Assembly: GCA_000165345.1 (NCBI GenBank)
Contig: CM000436.1
Span: 576,001-640,000, forward strand
Length of the DNA stretch: 64,000 nucleotides
Direction of reading: 5' to 3'
Under the pieces are notes generated by a model. The model worked only from the letters and a program-made list of their open reading frames with translations, was not told where the DNA came from and did not search any database. The stretch's first letter is position 1. Each line of letters opens with the position of its first letter. Both the position numbers and the translations under genes were made by a program. Shown piece after piece: positions 10,291 to 20,952 of this stretch.

Positions 10291-11892
10291 ATGGATAAAT
10301 ATTATGTAACCAATCAAATAGGAGAGGGAGGATTTGGTGAATGCTATTTGATAGAGACAAAAAAAGGAGAACTAATACAAGAAAAATTGGTGGCCAAAGT
10401 AGTTAATATGAGTAGAATGACTGAAATTGAAAAGAATAATTCCATTCAAGAAATTAAAATACTCAATATTATAAATCATATAAATTTGGTAAAATTGGTC
10501 GAATCTTATACTACTAAGAATCTACTTTGTATAATTATGGAGCTTGGTGAATATGGAAGCTTAGATGGTGAAATTGAAGCAAGAAGAAAAGAAGGACAAG
10601 ATAATATTTACTTTACTGAAGATGAAGTATTATTTATTTTTCTCCAAATACTTCTTGGAGTTAAATATTTACATGATAATAATATTGTTCATTGCGATAT
10701 TAAATCTAATAATACCATTTTATTCTCCAACGGAATGGTTAAACTTTCTGATTTTGGTATTTCCAATATTTTATCATCTAATAAGGATGAATTAAATAAG
10801 TCTGAAAGTTTTTCAAATCCTCTTGTACAAGGCTCTATTTATTATTTAGCACCTGAAATATATTCAAATATGCAACACGATAAAAAAAGTGATTGTTGGA
10901 GTATTGGTTGTTTATTATTGGAACTTTGTTCTTTAGAAAAAGTTTTCAGAAAGTATTCAATGCAAGAAATGTTAATATTTTCTATTAGAAATAAAGATCA
11001 ATTTAAAAAGGAAATTAATAATCATATTGAAACTTATGGTGTAAATAAGAGATATTCTCAAGAACTAGTCAATATAATTAAAGATTTACTTAATCCTAAT
11101 CCTCAAGAAAGACCAAATATTCAACAAATCTTTCAATCTAATATATATTTCTTGAATTTTATTAATTCATTTCTAAATACATGTAATCATAAACATTGGA
11201 ATCAATTTAATAGTATTTGTAAAGAGTTAAGTACTTTTAATTACAATTCTGTAAATAAAAAAAATTATATTAATATATCAAGAATTCCTTTCTGGATTAA
11301 ACAAGATGTGGATACTGAGAACAAAAGCTCCAAGTTTTTTTTAAAACAAAGTTTAGATGAATGGTTTAAAAGTCAGGAGATATTTACTTGTAATAGTTAT
11401 TCAAAGAGTAAGAGCTTAATGATTAACAATCAAAGTTCAAATGAACAAAATTGTGAAACAGGTCAAGGTAAGTACCAAGAGATTATTGATTATTTCAGCA
11501 ATAAAGAGAAGAACAAGCAAAATAAGAGACCACTTTCTAGAAAGGAAATATTATTACAACTTGAAACTACTGTTGAATTCTTTGTCACACAACTTAGTGC
11601 TATTAATAGTAAAAAAGTTACAACTGAAGAAATTATTAAGAGAAATCTCGCAAATAAACTTCGGGATAGTAATAGTACTAAAAAATCAACTAATACAAGA
11701 AACTCTTGTAAACAGCCAAAGATCTCACAAAAACTCCCATCTACAATTAACAGAACAAATAGTAATGCAAGCTTGAGAAAGAACCTAAAAATTAAATATG
11801 ATAAGGAAAGGGAACAATTAAGAGAGATCATGAGAAAAGGAAGAGCTGAAACCAAATTTAAAGGAAATATGGAAATAAATGATACAAGTTAA
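10291..11892 (+). CDS. Ser/Thr protein kinase, NEK (NIMA-related)-like, non-RD
   Basis: 533 aa. Kinase subdomains are present: glycine loop IGEGGFGECY, VAK lysine, catalytic loop HCDIKSNN (HCD in place of HRD), DFG, and APE as YLAPEI. The overall pattern is NEK-like. The C-terminal half is a non-catalytic low-complexity/basic region. Confidence 0.75.
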   Translation: MDKYYVTNQIGEGGFGECYLIETKKGELIQEKLVAKVVNMSRMTEIEKNNSIQEIKILNIINHINLVKLVESYTTKNLLCIIMELGEYGSLDGEIEARRKEGQDNIYFTEDEVLFIFLQILLGVKYLHDNNIVHCDIKSNNTILFSNGMVKLSDFGISNILSSNKDELNKSESFSNPLVQGSIYYLAPEIYSNMQHDKKSDCWSIGCLLLELCSLEKVFRKYSMQEMLIFSIRNKDQFKKEINNHIETYGVNKRYSQELVNIIKDLLNPNPQERPNIQQIFQSNIYFLNFINSFLNTCNHKHWNQFNSICKELSTFNYNSVNKKNYINISRIPFWIKQDVDTENKSSKFFLKQSLDEWFKSQEIFTCNSYSKSKSLMINNQSSNEQNCETGQGKYQEIIDYFSNKEKNKQNKRPLSRKEILLQLETTVEFFVTQLSAINSKKVTTEEIIKRNLANKLRDSNSTKKSTNTRNSCKQPKISQKLPSTINRTNSNASLRKNLKIKYDKEREQLREIMRKGRAETKFKGNMEINDTS

Positions 11893-12029
11893 TTATTTTG
11901 CGCCTAAAATGGTAATTAAAAATGATAATTAAAATCTGATTACTTAACAATAATATTGAACCATTTGATTTTAAAGCTAATAATATATTTAATACTAACT
12001 TTTGATCATTCAATCTTCCAATATGAATT

Positions 12030-12458
12030 ATGGACGAATTACATCCACTTTTTAGGAATAATGTTCCTTCTACTAGTGAGTTGAAGTCTAATGAAATTTA
12101 TTCAGCTCTTGTTGAGATTTCTGCTCAAAAAGTTCAGGATACTTCAATAAATAACAATAAATCCCAATTATCAAAAGTAGATAAGAATTCATCCAAGATC
12201 TCTGTATTATCAAAAGGTATTAATAAAACACATAATTCGGAAAGATATATAAAAGGCAGGTATCAACGTCATCTAGACAAAATAAAAGCTACAAAATCAA
12301 GAATGGAACAAGAAAAGAGACAAAATTATCTTGATAATATTACTAGTAAAAACCATCAAGTTACTGATGATCATCACCATGATCAACAAGTTAAGGAGCT
12401 TGCTGAAATGGAACTTTGCATGTCTATTTGGTCTAACAAAAACATATTTTCTGAATGA
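12030..12458 (+). CDS. Hypothetical small charged protein (uncertain)
   Basis: A 142-aa ATG ORF sitting 138 bp downstream of the kinase gene. The composition is charged and low-complexity. No recognisable promoter motifs lie upstream, so it may be spurious. Confidence 0.25.
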   Translation: MDELHPLFRNNVPSTSELKSNEIYSALVEISAQKVQDTSINNNKSQLSKVDKNSSKISVLSKGINKTHNSERYIKGRYQRHLDKIKATKSRMEQEKRQNYLDNITSKNHQVTDDHHHDQQVKELAEMELCMSIWSNKNIFSE

Positions 12459-12790
12459 TAGAGAGATTATTATTCTAAATTCAGTTATCTAGAAGCAATT
12501 AGATACTGAGTATAAATATATATATATTATATATACATCAATTTAGTATTTTCACGCTTTGAAATTTATTTAAAAATTTCCTTTCTTATTATTTTTTCCC
12601 TAATAACCAACGCCTACATAATATTTAACTAAAATTCTCATTTCCAATCAAAGTTCAAACCTAAATCTAAATACAAATCCAGATATTTCAACTATTAATA
12701 ATATCTTTATCGAATTTTTTTAATTCCCTCTAATAAATACCCTCTTGTTTTCTTTATAAAGATCTTTTTAACGATACCTGTATTATTTAA

Positions 12791-12823
12791 CAGGGCGGGC
12801 AACAGTTGGCGCCAAAATCTCGG
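12791..12823. promoter_or_regulatory. CAGGGCGGGCAACAGTTGGCGCCAAAA composite E2F-like element
   Basis: A GGCGGG half-site and a TTGGCGCCAA palindrome about 70 bp upstream of the actin-related protein ATG. Confidence 0.35.
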
Positions 12824-12889
12824 TATGAATTATTTGTAGAAACAAGTGTTAATGTCAGAGAAAAGGTAAAGAAAAAAAATAAAGCAGAA

Positions 12890-14161
12890 ATGAGTGGAAA
12901 GGAGACATTTATTGGAGGAGATGATGTGGGAGCAATTATTGTAGATGTAGGTAGTTGTATGACGAAGATAGGGTATGGTGGGGAAGATTGCCCAAGACAA
13001 GTTTGGCCTTCAGTAGTTGGAGTTAAGGAAAATGGTGATAAAAGGTTTCCGTTAAATTTCTTGAGTTATTTGGAAGATGTATCTGTGGAGCCTTGTTTAA
13101 AGTACGAAGATGGTGGTTTGATTTTGAATGGTGATGTATTTGAGGAGATTATTAGAACAACTTCAGGGAAAATTGGACTTTCAACAGATTTAAGGGAGCA
13201 TCCAATATTATTAACGGAACCATCCAAGCATAATAGACAGATTAGAGAAAAGGAGGTTGAAATAATGTTTGAAAAATTTGATGTGCCAGCAGTTTATACG
13301 GCAAAGAAGGCAATTTTGAGTGCTTTTTCTGTAGGTAGATCATCAGGTCTAGTCGTAGATATTGGAGCAACAGCAACTTCAATTGTTCCGATATTGGATG
13401 GATATACCCTTCAAAAACCACTATGTGAGTATCCAATAGGAGGAGATTTTCTGGATGACCAAATTGCCAGACATTTACTAAAAGAGAAGAATTTGAGTAT
13501 TTCCCCTAATTTCTCCTTTAAAAAGATAATTCACAAGGATAAACCATTAAGTTATGAAAGTGTTAACTTAGAGAAAGTGACAAGTTCATATATTGAATAT
13601 GGCAAAAGAGAGGTTTTAAGGAATATAAAGGAATCGATTTGTCGTTGCGCTGAGCACGAAGAGGTTGCTAAGACATCATCAGCACTTGCAACATCTACTT
13701 ATGAGTTGCCTGATGGCACATTAATAGACTCTGAACCTATTGGTATTCGTGTTCCCGAATGTTTATTAAATCCTGAGATGATTATCAATGATTCTGAATT
13801 TCCTCCAGTGAACACTAATGGGTTCCCAGGACTATGTTCTGCAATTTCTAATACTATCATAGCTTGTGATATTGATATCAGAAAAGACTTAATAGGAGCA
13901 GTGATTTTAACTGGAGGTACGTCCATAATTCCAGGTTTGGCTGACCGTGTTTCAAAATCCCTAGCTGAAGATGACAAATTATCAGGCGGAGGACCTAAAT
14001 TAAAGATTATATCCCCAAATTCTACAGTAGAAAGAAGATTTTCAAGCTGGATAGGTGGTAGTATTTTGGCATCTTTAGGTTCCTTCCAGCAAATGTGGTT
14101 CAGTAAGGAGGAGTATACCGAACATGGAGCAAAATTGGTTGAGAGAAAGTGTTCTAACTAA
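12890..14161 (+). CDS. Actin-related protein (Arp4-like)
   Basis: The ORF track starts at a TTG at 12806. The first in-frame ATG is 12890 (MSGKETFIGGDDVGAIIVDVGSCMTKIGYGGEDCPRQVWPSVVG…), which matches the actin/Arp N-terminal phosphate-1 motif. Actin-fold motifs run throughout (…VVDIGATATSIVPILDGY… GGTSIIPGLADR… WIGGSILASLGSFQQMWFSKEEYTEHG). Confidence 0.75.
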   Translation: MSGKETFIGGDDVGAIIVDVGSCMTKIGYGGEDCPRQVWPSVVGVKENGDKRFPLNFLSYLEDVSVEPCLKYEDGGLILNGDVFEEIIRTTSGKIGLSTDLREHPILLTEPSKHNRQIREKEVEIMFEKFDVPAVYTAKKAILSAFSVGRSSGLVVDIGATATSIVPILDGYTLQKPLCEYPIGGDFLDDQIARHLLKEKNLSISPNFSFKKIIHKDKPLSYESVNLEKVTSSYIEYGKREVLRNIKESICRCAEHEEVAKTSSALATSTYELPDGTLIDSEPIGIRVPECLLNPEMIINDSEFPPVNTNGFPGLCSAISNTIIACDIDIRKDLIGAVILTGGTSIIPGLADRVSKSLAEDDKLSGGGPKLKIISPNSTVERRFSSWIGGSILASLGSFQQMWFSKEEYTEHGAKLVERKCSN

Positions 14162-14428
14162 CTTACACGATTATTTCTCTTTTTTTCCCTTTTAAGCTAA
14201 TCTATAATTACATTACTATTTATTATAATTATTATTATCCTCTTAATTTTCATCTGTAATTTATTAATTTGGTACTTTTTTCACATTAAGATTCTATAAA
14301 CTTTTATTTAGAATGTTCTTAAATAGAAACAAGTTGTTATATAAATTTCATTAATAAAAAAAAGTAGGAAAAACTTGTTAAATTCTCATCTTAATAGAGA
14401 ATTTAATAAAATAAATAAATCTAGTAAT

Positions 14429-14456
14429 TTGCATGCAATTGGCGCGCGCGCCAAGC
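14429..14456. promoter_or_regulatory. TTTGCATGCAA + TTGGCGCGCGCGCCAA (AP2-like site plus a perfect 16-bp GC palindrome)
   Basis: Located about 90 bp upstream of the RCC1-repeat gene ATG. The two motif classes sit directly next to each other. Confidence 0.4.
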
Positions 14457-14547
14457 TGTTGTGATTATTGCAAGTATTTACAAAAATATTATCTAATGGA
14501 GTGAATGTAAAGGGTTGATTGATAAAGGAAGTGTGGGAAAAACATCT

Positions 14548-15804
14548 ATGTATTCTAGTGTTCAAAATCAAAATACAAAGAATGAATATTTGATAACAAC
14601 ATCAGATTATTTGCTGGATTTAAGCCGTCCAGTGAGTAAAAAGACAACAGTTTCTGTATATAAAGGTATTAATAATATAGAAACAATTCATACATTGGGA
14701 AAGAAGAAAATAATACAAGTGAGCTCAGGATTGAATCATGTGTTGTTTTTAACATCTGAATTTGAAATTTATTCATATGGAACAGGATTATTTGGACAAC
14801 TTGGACATGGAGAATCAATACAGAAGTTAAAGGAGCCAAAAAAGATACAAGAAGACATCGAGGGAGTAATAAAGATCACGGCAGGTACTTATAGTTCCAT
14901 AGCTTTAACAAGTAAAGGGGAGATATATAGGTGGGGATTGTATGATTTAAAGAGTCCAATAGTATTTAAACCAAAATTGGAGACATTTTTTGGAGGGAAG
15001 AATAAAGTTGTAGAAGTAGAATCATATAAGGAAAAGACATGTATAGCTTTGGATAATGGTGAGATATATGCTTGGGATTTTCATAATCCTAGGATGGAAT
15101 TAATTTGTAGGCTTAATGATACAATAGTTAAACAAATTTCAATTGGTGCTTATTTTACTCTAGTTTTAGATTCAGATTCACAGTTGTTTGTTTGGGGTGA
15201 TAATACATTTGGTGAATTTAGTGAGAATGATATGTATATTTATGATCCAGACTTTCCAAATTTTAGTAGATTAAAAATAGAAGCTTGGGGTCTTTCCACA
15301 AAGAATTCAAACTTAAAATACATAAAAGAGGATGAATTACCAAATAATATATGTGAAGATACGAAAATTGCGGAGGGTTTGGAAGGTAATTCTAGGGAAA
15401 TATATATAGAAAAGATTACATGCGGTGAAAAACATTGTTTAATATTAACTTCAATAAATTCTATTTTATGCATGGGAGATAATACATATGGACAATGTGG
15501 TATACTTGATGATAAAAAAAGCATTTATCCTCCAGTAACATTGAAAAAGTTTAGTGAGTTGGATTTTTTAAAGCCATTTATTTCGTGTGGAAGTAGATCA
15601 TCAGCAATTATTTCTCCAACAGGTAAACTATTTTTATGTGGTCAGTTATATACTAATTCTAAAAGTAACAAAAAGATTGGAGTTTCTAGATATGCTGATA
15701 AAATTGAAGATTTTAACAGACTTTACACAGAATACTCAATCATTCACAGAAACTCTTCTGTAATTGACTTCAATGATAAAACTTTTATTGTAATTTCAAA
15801 CTAG
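14548..15804 (+). CDS. RCC1 (regulator of chromosome condensation) repeat protein
   Basis: The ORF track starts at a TTG at 14515; the first in-frame ATG is 14548. It contains several RCC1-type blade repeats (…HVLFLTSEFEIYSYGTGLFGQLGHGE…, …SSIALTSKGEIYRWG…, …HCLILTSINSILCMGDNTYGQCG…). Confidence 0.7.
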   Translation: MYSSVQNQNTKNEYLITTSDYLLDLSRPVSKKTTVSVYKGINNIETIHTLGKKKIIQVSSGLNHVLFLTSEFEIYSYGTGLFGQLGHGESIQKLKEPKKIQEDIEGVIKITAGTYSSIALTSKGEIYRWGLYDLKSPIVFKPKLETFFGGKNKVVEVESYKEKTCIALDNGEIYAWDFHNPRMELICRLNDTIVKQISIGAYFTLVLDSDSQLFVWGDNTFGEFSENDMYIYDPDFPNFSRLKIEAWGLSTKNSNLKYIKEDELPNNICEDTKIAEGLEGNSREIYIEKITCGEKHCLILTSINSILCMGDNTYGQCGILDDKKSIYPPVTLKKFSELDFLKPFISCGSRSSAIISPTGKLFLCGQLYTNSKSNKKIGVSRYADKIEDFNRLYTEYSIIHRNSSVIDFNDKTFIVISN

Positions 15805-15916
15805 TCTTTGCTTTTAGTTAGATGAATTATACTAGCATTGCTAGTAGTATGATTATAGTTATTGTCGTTCGAACGTATTAATTAAAATTATTTAATCTCA
15901 AATCTATTTTATTTAA

Positions 15917-15971
15917 TTACACGTAATAATTACGTGTAATTAAAAATTCTTCCCGCCTGCATGCATGCAAT
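15917..15971. promoter_or_regulatory. Near-perfect palindrome TTACACGTAATAATTACGTGTAA followed by TTCCCGCC and TGCATGCATGCA
   Basis: Two inverted CACGTAAT units plus E2F-like and AP2-like cores, lying between the RCC1 gene and the HAP2-like gene. Confidence 0.35.
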
Positions 15972-16471
15972 AAAACTTGTCACCGGTATATGATTTTATT
16001 GACCACATAGATTTATGGTGTTAGTGAGCAAATTTTAGTAATAATTTTTTTGTACACAAATAAAATAATTATTCTTTTTTAATTAATAAGTGAATCATGA
16101 GTTTGGAATAACTTTATTATTAAAAAAAAAAAGAAAATCAAACTATTAATTTAGAGATTGATTAAATAATTTTTAATTGACATAAAGTTTGTTTAAAGAA
16201 TATTATTAAAAAATAAGGAATTGGATAAAGTGATATGATGAGTATTTAACAGTATCAGCTAAAATAATTAAAGTTATGGAGGAAAATCTATAAATATTTT
16301 TATTTGTTAATATGACCACACAAATAATAAGAGAATAATTAAAAAGTAAAATAGTGTGGGAGTTAAAAAAAGAATAAGTCGTTATGAAAGATATATAAAT
16401 TTATATGTAATGGTTTAAAATTGAGAGAAAATTTAAAAATTTAAGATGAAAGAAGAATAAAATAATATATA

Positions 16472-19325
16472 ATGGAGAAAATTATTTATTTATTATTAAT
16501 ATCAATAAACTGGTTGGTAGGAAATGCTATTTCACAGTTAATTGTGTCAGAACAAGAAATGTGTATGAATGGACAATGCAAAAAAATGTTGAACGGTCAT
16601 TTAGTTATACAGAATAATCAGGTAGGCTTATTTTTTTTTAGTAAAATAATAATTGAAAATTAAATATTTTGAAATTAATTAATTTTATAGGATGTATCGT
16701 TGAATTTTGGATCATCAGAAGTAAATGGAAAGAATGCAAAAGAAGCAGACCCAGGTTCTAATGGATTTAAGATTACAATAAAGAAGTCTCCAATATTAAT
16801 TGCATATGATTTGAGTTATATTTCAACTTTATATCATGATTTTCAAGAAGATATAAAATTGTTTTCGTTTACTCAAGTTGAAGGTGACCCATCTAGATTT
16901 TGTAATCATGAATTGAGAAGTTGTCAGAAAGTGAGAGACGAGTATTTATATGGAACACCAAATTGTAAGTTTTAATAAATTATTTTGAATTTAGCAATAT
17001 CTTAATAAAACATATTTAAAATGATTTATAGTGCCACCAGGTCAAAAAAATTGGACTCAAGAAACTCCAATACCACCTGGATCACAAGGATCGTGTTGTT
17101 GGTGTCCAGAATTATATGTAACGGTAAGTTCAATTGAATTAAAGTGCTGGAGGAGGGGCTTTTTATTAGGGATTAAGGTTTTTTATATTAGAGAAATTAA
17201 TGACATATTTACTCCCAATTAAATAATTTTTTTTTTTAGATAAATACTGATGCACCATTTTCAAGAGCTACATTACATTGTTCATGGATACGTAAGTTTA
17301 ATATATTACAAATGGAAATAATTTATTGAACTATTTTAAACTATTTATAGAGCAAAGAATGTGGTGGAATGTTTACTTATCGAAGTCATGCCCAGTTTGG
17401 ATACCACCATGGTGGACAGCTTTTAGAATAGGTGGATGGAACTGGCAATACTCATTAGAGGTTGAATTATCTTGGTTTAGTCCAACAGAATCATCAATTA
17501 ATAAGTTATCAAGTACAGAATTGGAAAATATGGAAAATGAATGTAAGAAAGAAAATAAGGATTCCACAATAGATTGTTCAAGATTAAGGCATAAAGAATC
17601 AGGAATTCAGACTTCTGTACATACATTAAATTCATCGTCTCCATCATTCTATGATCCAAATTTTGGAGCTTCAGTACAGGTAATAAGCTCAGGACCACCG
17701 TTTGGGAGTGCTAATGCAAAGGATTTGAATGGTTATTACATGTTACAACCAACATTTTCACCAAAAGGGATGCCTGCTAGTATTTCAATTCCTCCTTTAA
17801 GAAGTGGGTGTGGAAAAGCTTCAAAAAACCAAACAGAAGAGGAAATAAATGATTGTTTAAAGCCAACATTAATTATTCCTCCAGAAAATGCAGACTTTAC
17901 AGGAGTTTCATGTGATAAGATAGGAACAAGTGTTCATACTTGGAGTTCTGTGAACGGTAGATTTTGCTATCATCCACCTGGTACTTGTCAAAGAGCTCAG
18001 ATAGCTCACTTTTATAAGAAAGTTATAGAAGATCATTCACTTGGAAAGATTTCACAATATTCAGTAAGAGCACAAAATTCTGGTTCTCCACAGTTGATTT
18101 TGGATTCATTAGGAGAAATTGGTCATGAGGAGATGGATCAAAATGATATGGGAAATATAACTAATATACAATCACGCAGATTCTTTTTGGGATATAATTT
18201 TGATTCAATCTTTGACACAGAAATAATGTTCTCAGTCGAAGCTTCTTCTGTGTCTTGGGTAGCAACATCTTCTCCTGGAATTATTACATTTATAGAACCA
18301 CCACCTTTGGAGGCTTGCACAGCAATGAGTAGTTTTGGCTGTCCTCTAAAGGTTTATATTAAGAATAGTGGTAAGTTTGAATATATATATATATACATTT
18401 CGAATTGAATTGAAAATAACTTAACAAAAATATTCTATAGGGGATATTGATTCAGGTTTTGTAGTTCAAATACCTTATTGTACAAAGTCAGGAGTACAAA
18501 CAAGTGAGGTAGGTTTGTATTTAATTCATTCAAATTTATATAATTAATTAATTTAGGTTGATCCAATAATGGCACAAACAAAGAAGATTAAAGCCAATTC
18601 AATAGGAATTTTTACTTTTGTATTGGGAGTTTCCGTATTAACTGGGAGTGAATATAAGTGCGTGGTAAGTATATATATATTTAATGCATCCAATATATGC
18701 ATGCATACAATAAATGCATGCATGCAATATATTGGTAAACACTATTAAATAACAATATTAAATATTATTTCTATTCAAATAATAGGTTGTGTTGTATAAT
18801 TCATTTTCAGTTCAACTGGATCAGAATATGTTCACTTTTTCAACAACTTCTACAACGGTAAGTTTATTTGAAAGAAGATATCGTTTTTGAATCTTAATAT
18901 TAATTATTAATATAAATATTTTGATATCAAATTGAAAATTTAAGATTTCAATTGCAAGTTCAGATTCAATAATTTCTGATGTAGTAGTGAATCAAACTTC
19001 GTTAACAAACAAAAAGTTTGATTCTATGTTTACAGGAAATAAATGTATTTCTTGTGGATTAAATTTTTGGTGTTTAATAGCAAATAGTAAGTTAAAAATG
19101 AATCATTCTTTTAAAATTTAAAATAATTAAAATAAATTTCAGTTAAAGATTGTATTATGTTAGGTATTAAATGTATAGGGATAATACTTGGATTGATAAT
19201 AGGATTTGTTATATTATTAAAGTTGATAAAGATAATACTTGAACTACGTAAAAATAAGAAAATTGAAACAAGGATAATTAATAATAGCCAAGAAAGTTTA
19301 AGTCAAGGTATTAATAGGAAGAATT
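16472..19325 (+). CDS. HAP2: HAP2/GCS1-like gamete-fusogen candidate: 10-exon gene encoding a signal-peptide, Cys-rich, single-pass membrane protein
   Basis: Exons, all with GT..AG boundaries and consistent phase: 16472..16621, 16691..16964, 17032..17123, 17240..17291, 17351..18370, 18441..18508, 18557..18664, 18785..18856, 18945..19086, 19141..19325 (TGA stop). The model is about 720 aa. The N-terminus is a signal peptide (MEKIIYLLLISINWLVGNAIS). The ectodomain carries SQGSCCWCPELY and GRFCYHPPGTCQRAQIAHFY motifs, which resemble the conserved HAP2/GCS1 domain (CC.C … C.RF… H.F). A C-terminal TM helix (IKCIGIILGLIIGFVILLKLIKIIL) is followed by a short basic tail. The ORF track shows only the exon-sized fragments 16472.., 16700.., 17031.. 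and 17326... Confidence 0.6.
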
Positions 19326-19397
19326 GATTTGAATTGAAGTAAAACAAACAAAACAAAAGAAGCAATGAAAGTATATTAAAAGTTAATTAATATGGGC

Positions 19398-20560
19398 CTA
19401 GCTGAAAAAATTATTATTAATAATTTTGCCAGTATTTTTATCAATATGAATAGTAATGACTCCAAGATTTGGTAATTGCCATAATACAGATCCTAATAAG
19501 TGGAAATTAATTGATTAATTTAATTAAAGTTGAAATAATCAGAATTTCAATAAAAATACCTTTTAAAAGCCTTTTCAAGAAGTAATAATGGGATACCAAT
19601 ACGATTTCATTATTTTCAAGATCTTGATAATTCTTGATAAAATTAATAAATTGTTGAATTCTTTGATCCACTTGTTCATGATCTTCTGGAAGTACAATAT
19701 AATCTTTAAAGTTGGTGTCAGGAAGAAATGATATATCAGCTTTTGGGTAATTTTTGATAATTTCTTCCTTAGATAAACAAGGAACATCTGATATATATAG
19801 AGCTTTTTCTCTAACAAAATCCAATACACAAATTTTGCAATTTTCAGAAGATCTTTTTGAAATCAAATTTGAAGTTTCCATGGCTCTTCTTAAGTTGGAA
19901 GTAATAATCAAAGAAGCTCTTTCCATTATTGGTTTTCCTTTATATGTTGGCTAATTCAGAAATGTTTCAGGAAAAAAAAGTACAATTATTATAGAAAGAT
20001 ATTAAGTAAAGTTATTATTGGTTTAAAATATATGACCATATAATTGTCACTTACACCACCATTATCACCAAAATTATTCGCTTTTTCAACTCCATACTTG
20101 GATAAAGGAGCATCCAAAATACCTAAAGATTTAAAGAGTCATGTAATATATATTTATTGGTATTTTTATTTAATAAGTTTATTCCTGTTTAGTTAGTCTA
20201 TTATAATCCATTCAAATGTATTAATTAGATTGGATTATACTATTCTATTATAATAGGAAATGAACTTAATAACTTACCTGGATCTTTACTAGATAATAAT
20301 TCGTGTATATTCAAGGTTTTAATATTATGGTTTCTTAAGGCATTCATGGTACTTTCAGCATGTCGTATACAATGTACGGTGACAATATTCTTATATTTGG
20401 TTATTGGTTGGTTAGTTATAGCAGTATTGAATTGTTTCTCGCATTTTGTTTGGTTATTTGTAATTTTCCCAAATAGAGGAATGGCTATTTTTTTAAAGTC
20501 CAAGTTTTTGTTATTTTTTTGGAAAACAAATTTTTTCAAGATTGTTTTAACTTGAAGCAT
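19398..20560 (-). CDS. Histidine phosphatase (phosphoglycerate-mutase family) protein, 4 exons
   Basis: Minus-strand exons: 20278..20560 (ATG; contains IVTVHCIRHAEST, the RHG catalytic motif), 20055..20122 (GILDAPLSKYGVEKANNFGDNGG), 19560..19950 (…LIITSNLRRAMETSNLI… IVLVSHYYFLKRLL), and 19398..19492 (TAG stop). Donors are GTAAGT, GTAAGT and GTATTT. The last intron is the least certain. The alternative is read-through to the stop at 19507, as the ORF track has it. Confidence 0.5.
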
Positions 20561-20895
20561 TTTTTTTCCCTTTATTGGATTATTATATATTTTTATGATT
20601 ATATTTCAGTTATTATGCCAAAAGTTTAAAATAACAACATTAAATTATATTGGAATTCAATTAAAAATTATATTGTTCACAAATAATATCAATTAGTTGG
20701 AGTAATATTAAAGTGAATTGGTTAAAATAAATAAATATTACTTTTTTGGAGACTTTTTGAAACAAAATTTTAATAAAGTTGGCCTTTTAAATTAACCCCA
20801 CTCCAAAAAAAATCAATATACTCCTTTTAAGAATATTTTCAGAAAAGAATAACAAGAAATCCTCTTTTTCTTTCTTCTCTGTTAATACATTTATT

Positions 20896-20952
20896 TTTGC
20901 ATGCAAAAATAAATGTTATTAAAAACAATTAGGCGGGCAATCCGAGCGGGTC
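20896..20952. promoter_or_regulatory. TTTGCATGCAAAAA … AGGCGGGCAATCCGAGCGGGTC motif cluster in a divergent promoter
   Basis: Lies between the PGAM-like gene (- start at 20560) and XRN (+ start at 21200). It contains both AP2-like and E2F-like cores. Confidence 0.35.

Noticed and set aside
12806-14515. ORF-track start coordinates at 12806, 14515, 29308, 35320, 55115, 16700 and 17031
   Set aside because: These positions are TTG or GTG, not ATG; the track evidently allows alternative starts. For a eukaryote I moved the starts to the first in-frame ATG (12890, 14548, 29311, 35323, 55124). I treated 16700 and 17031 as internal exon fragments of the spliced HAP2-like gene.
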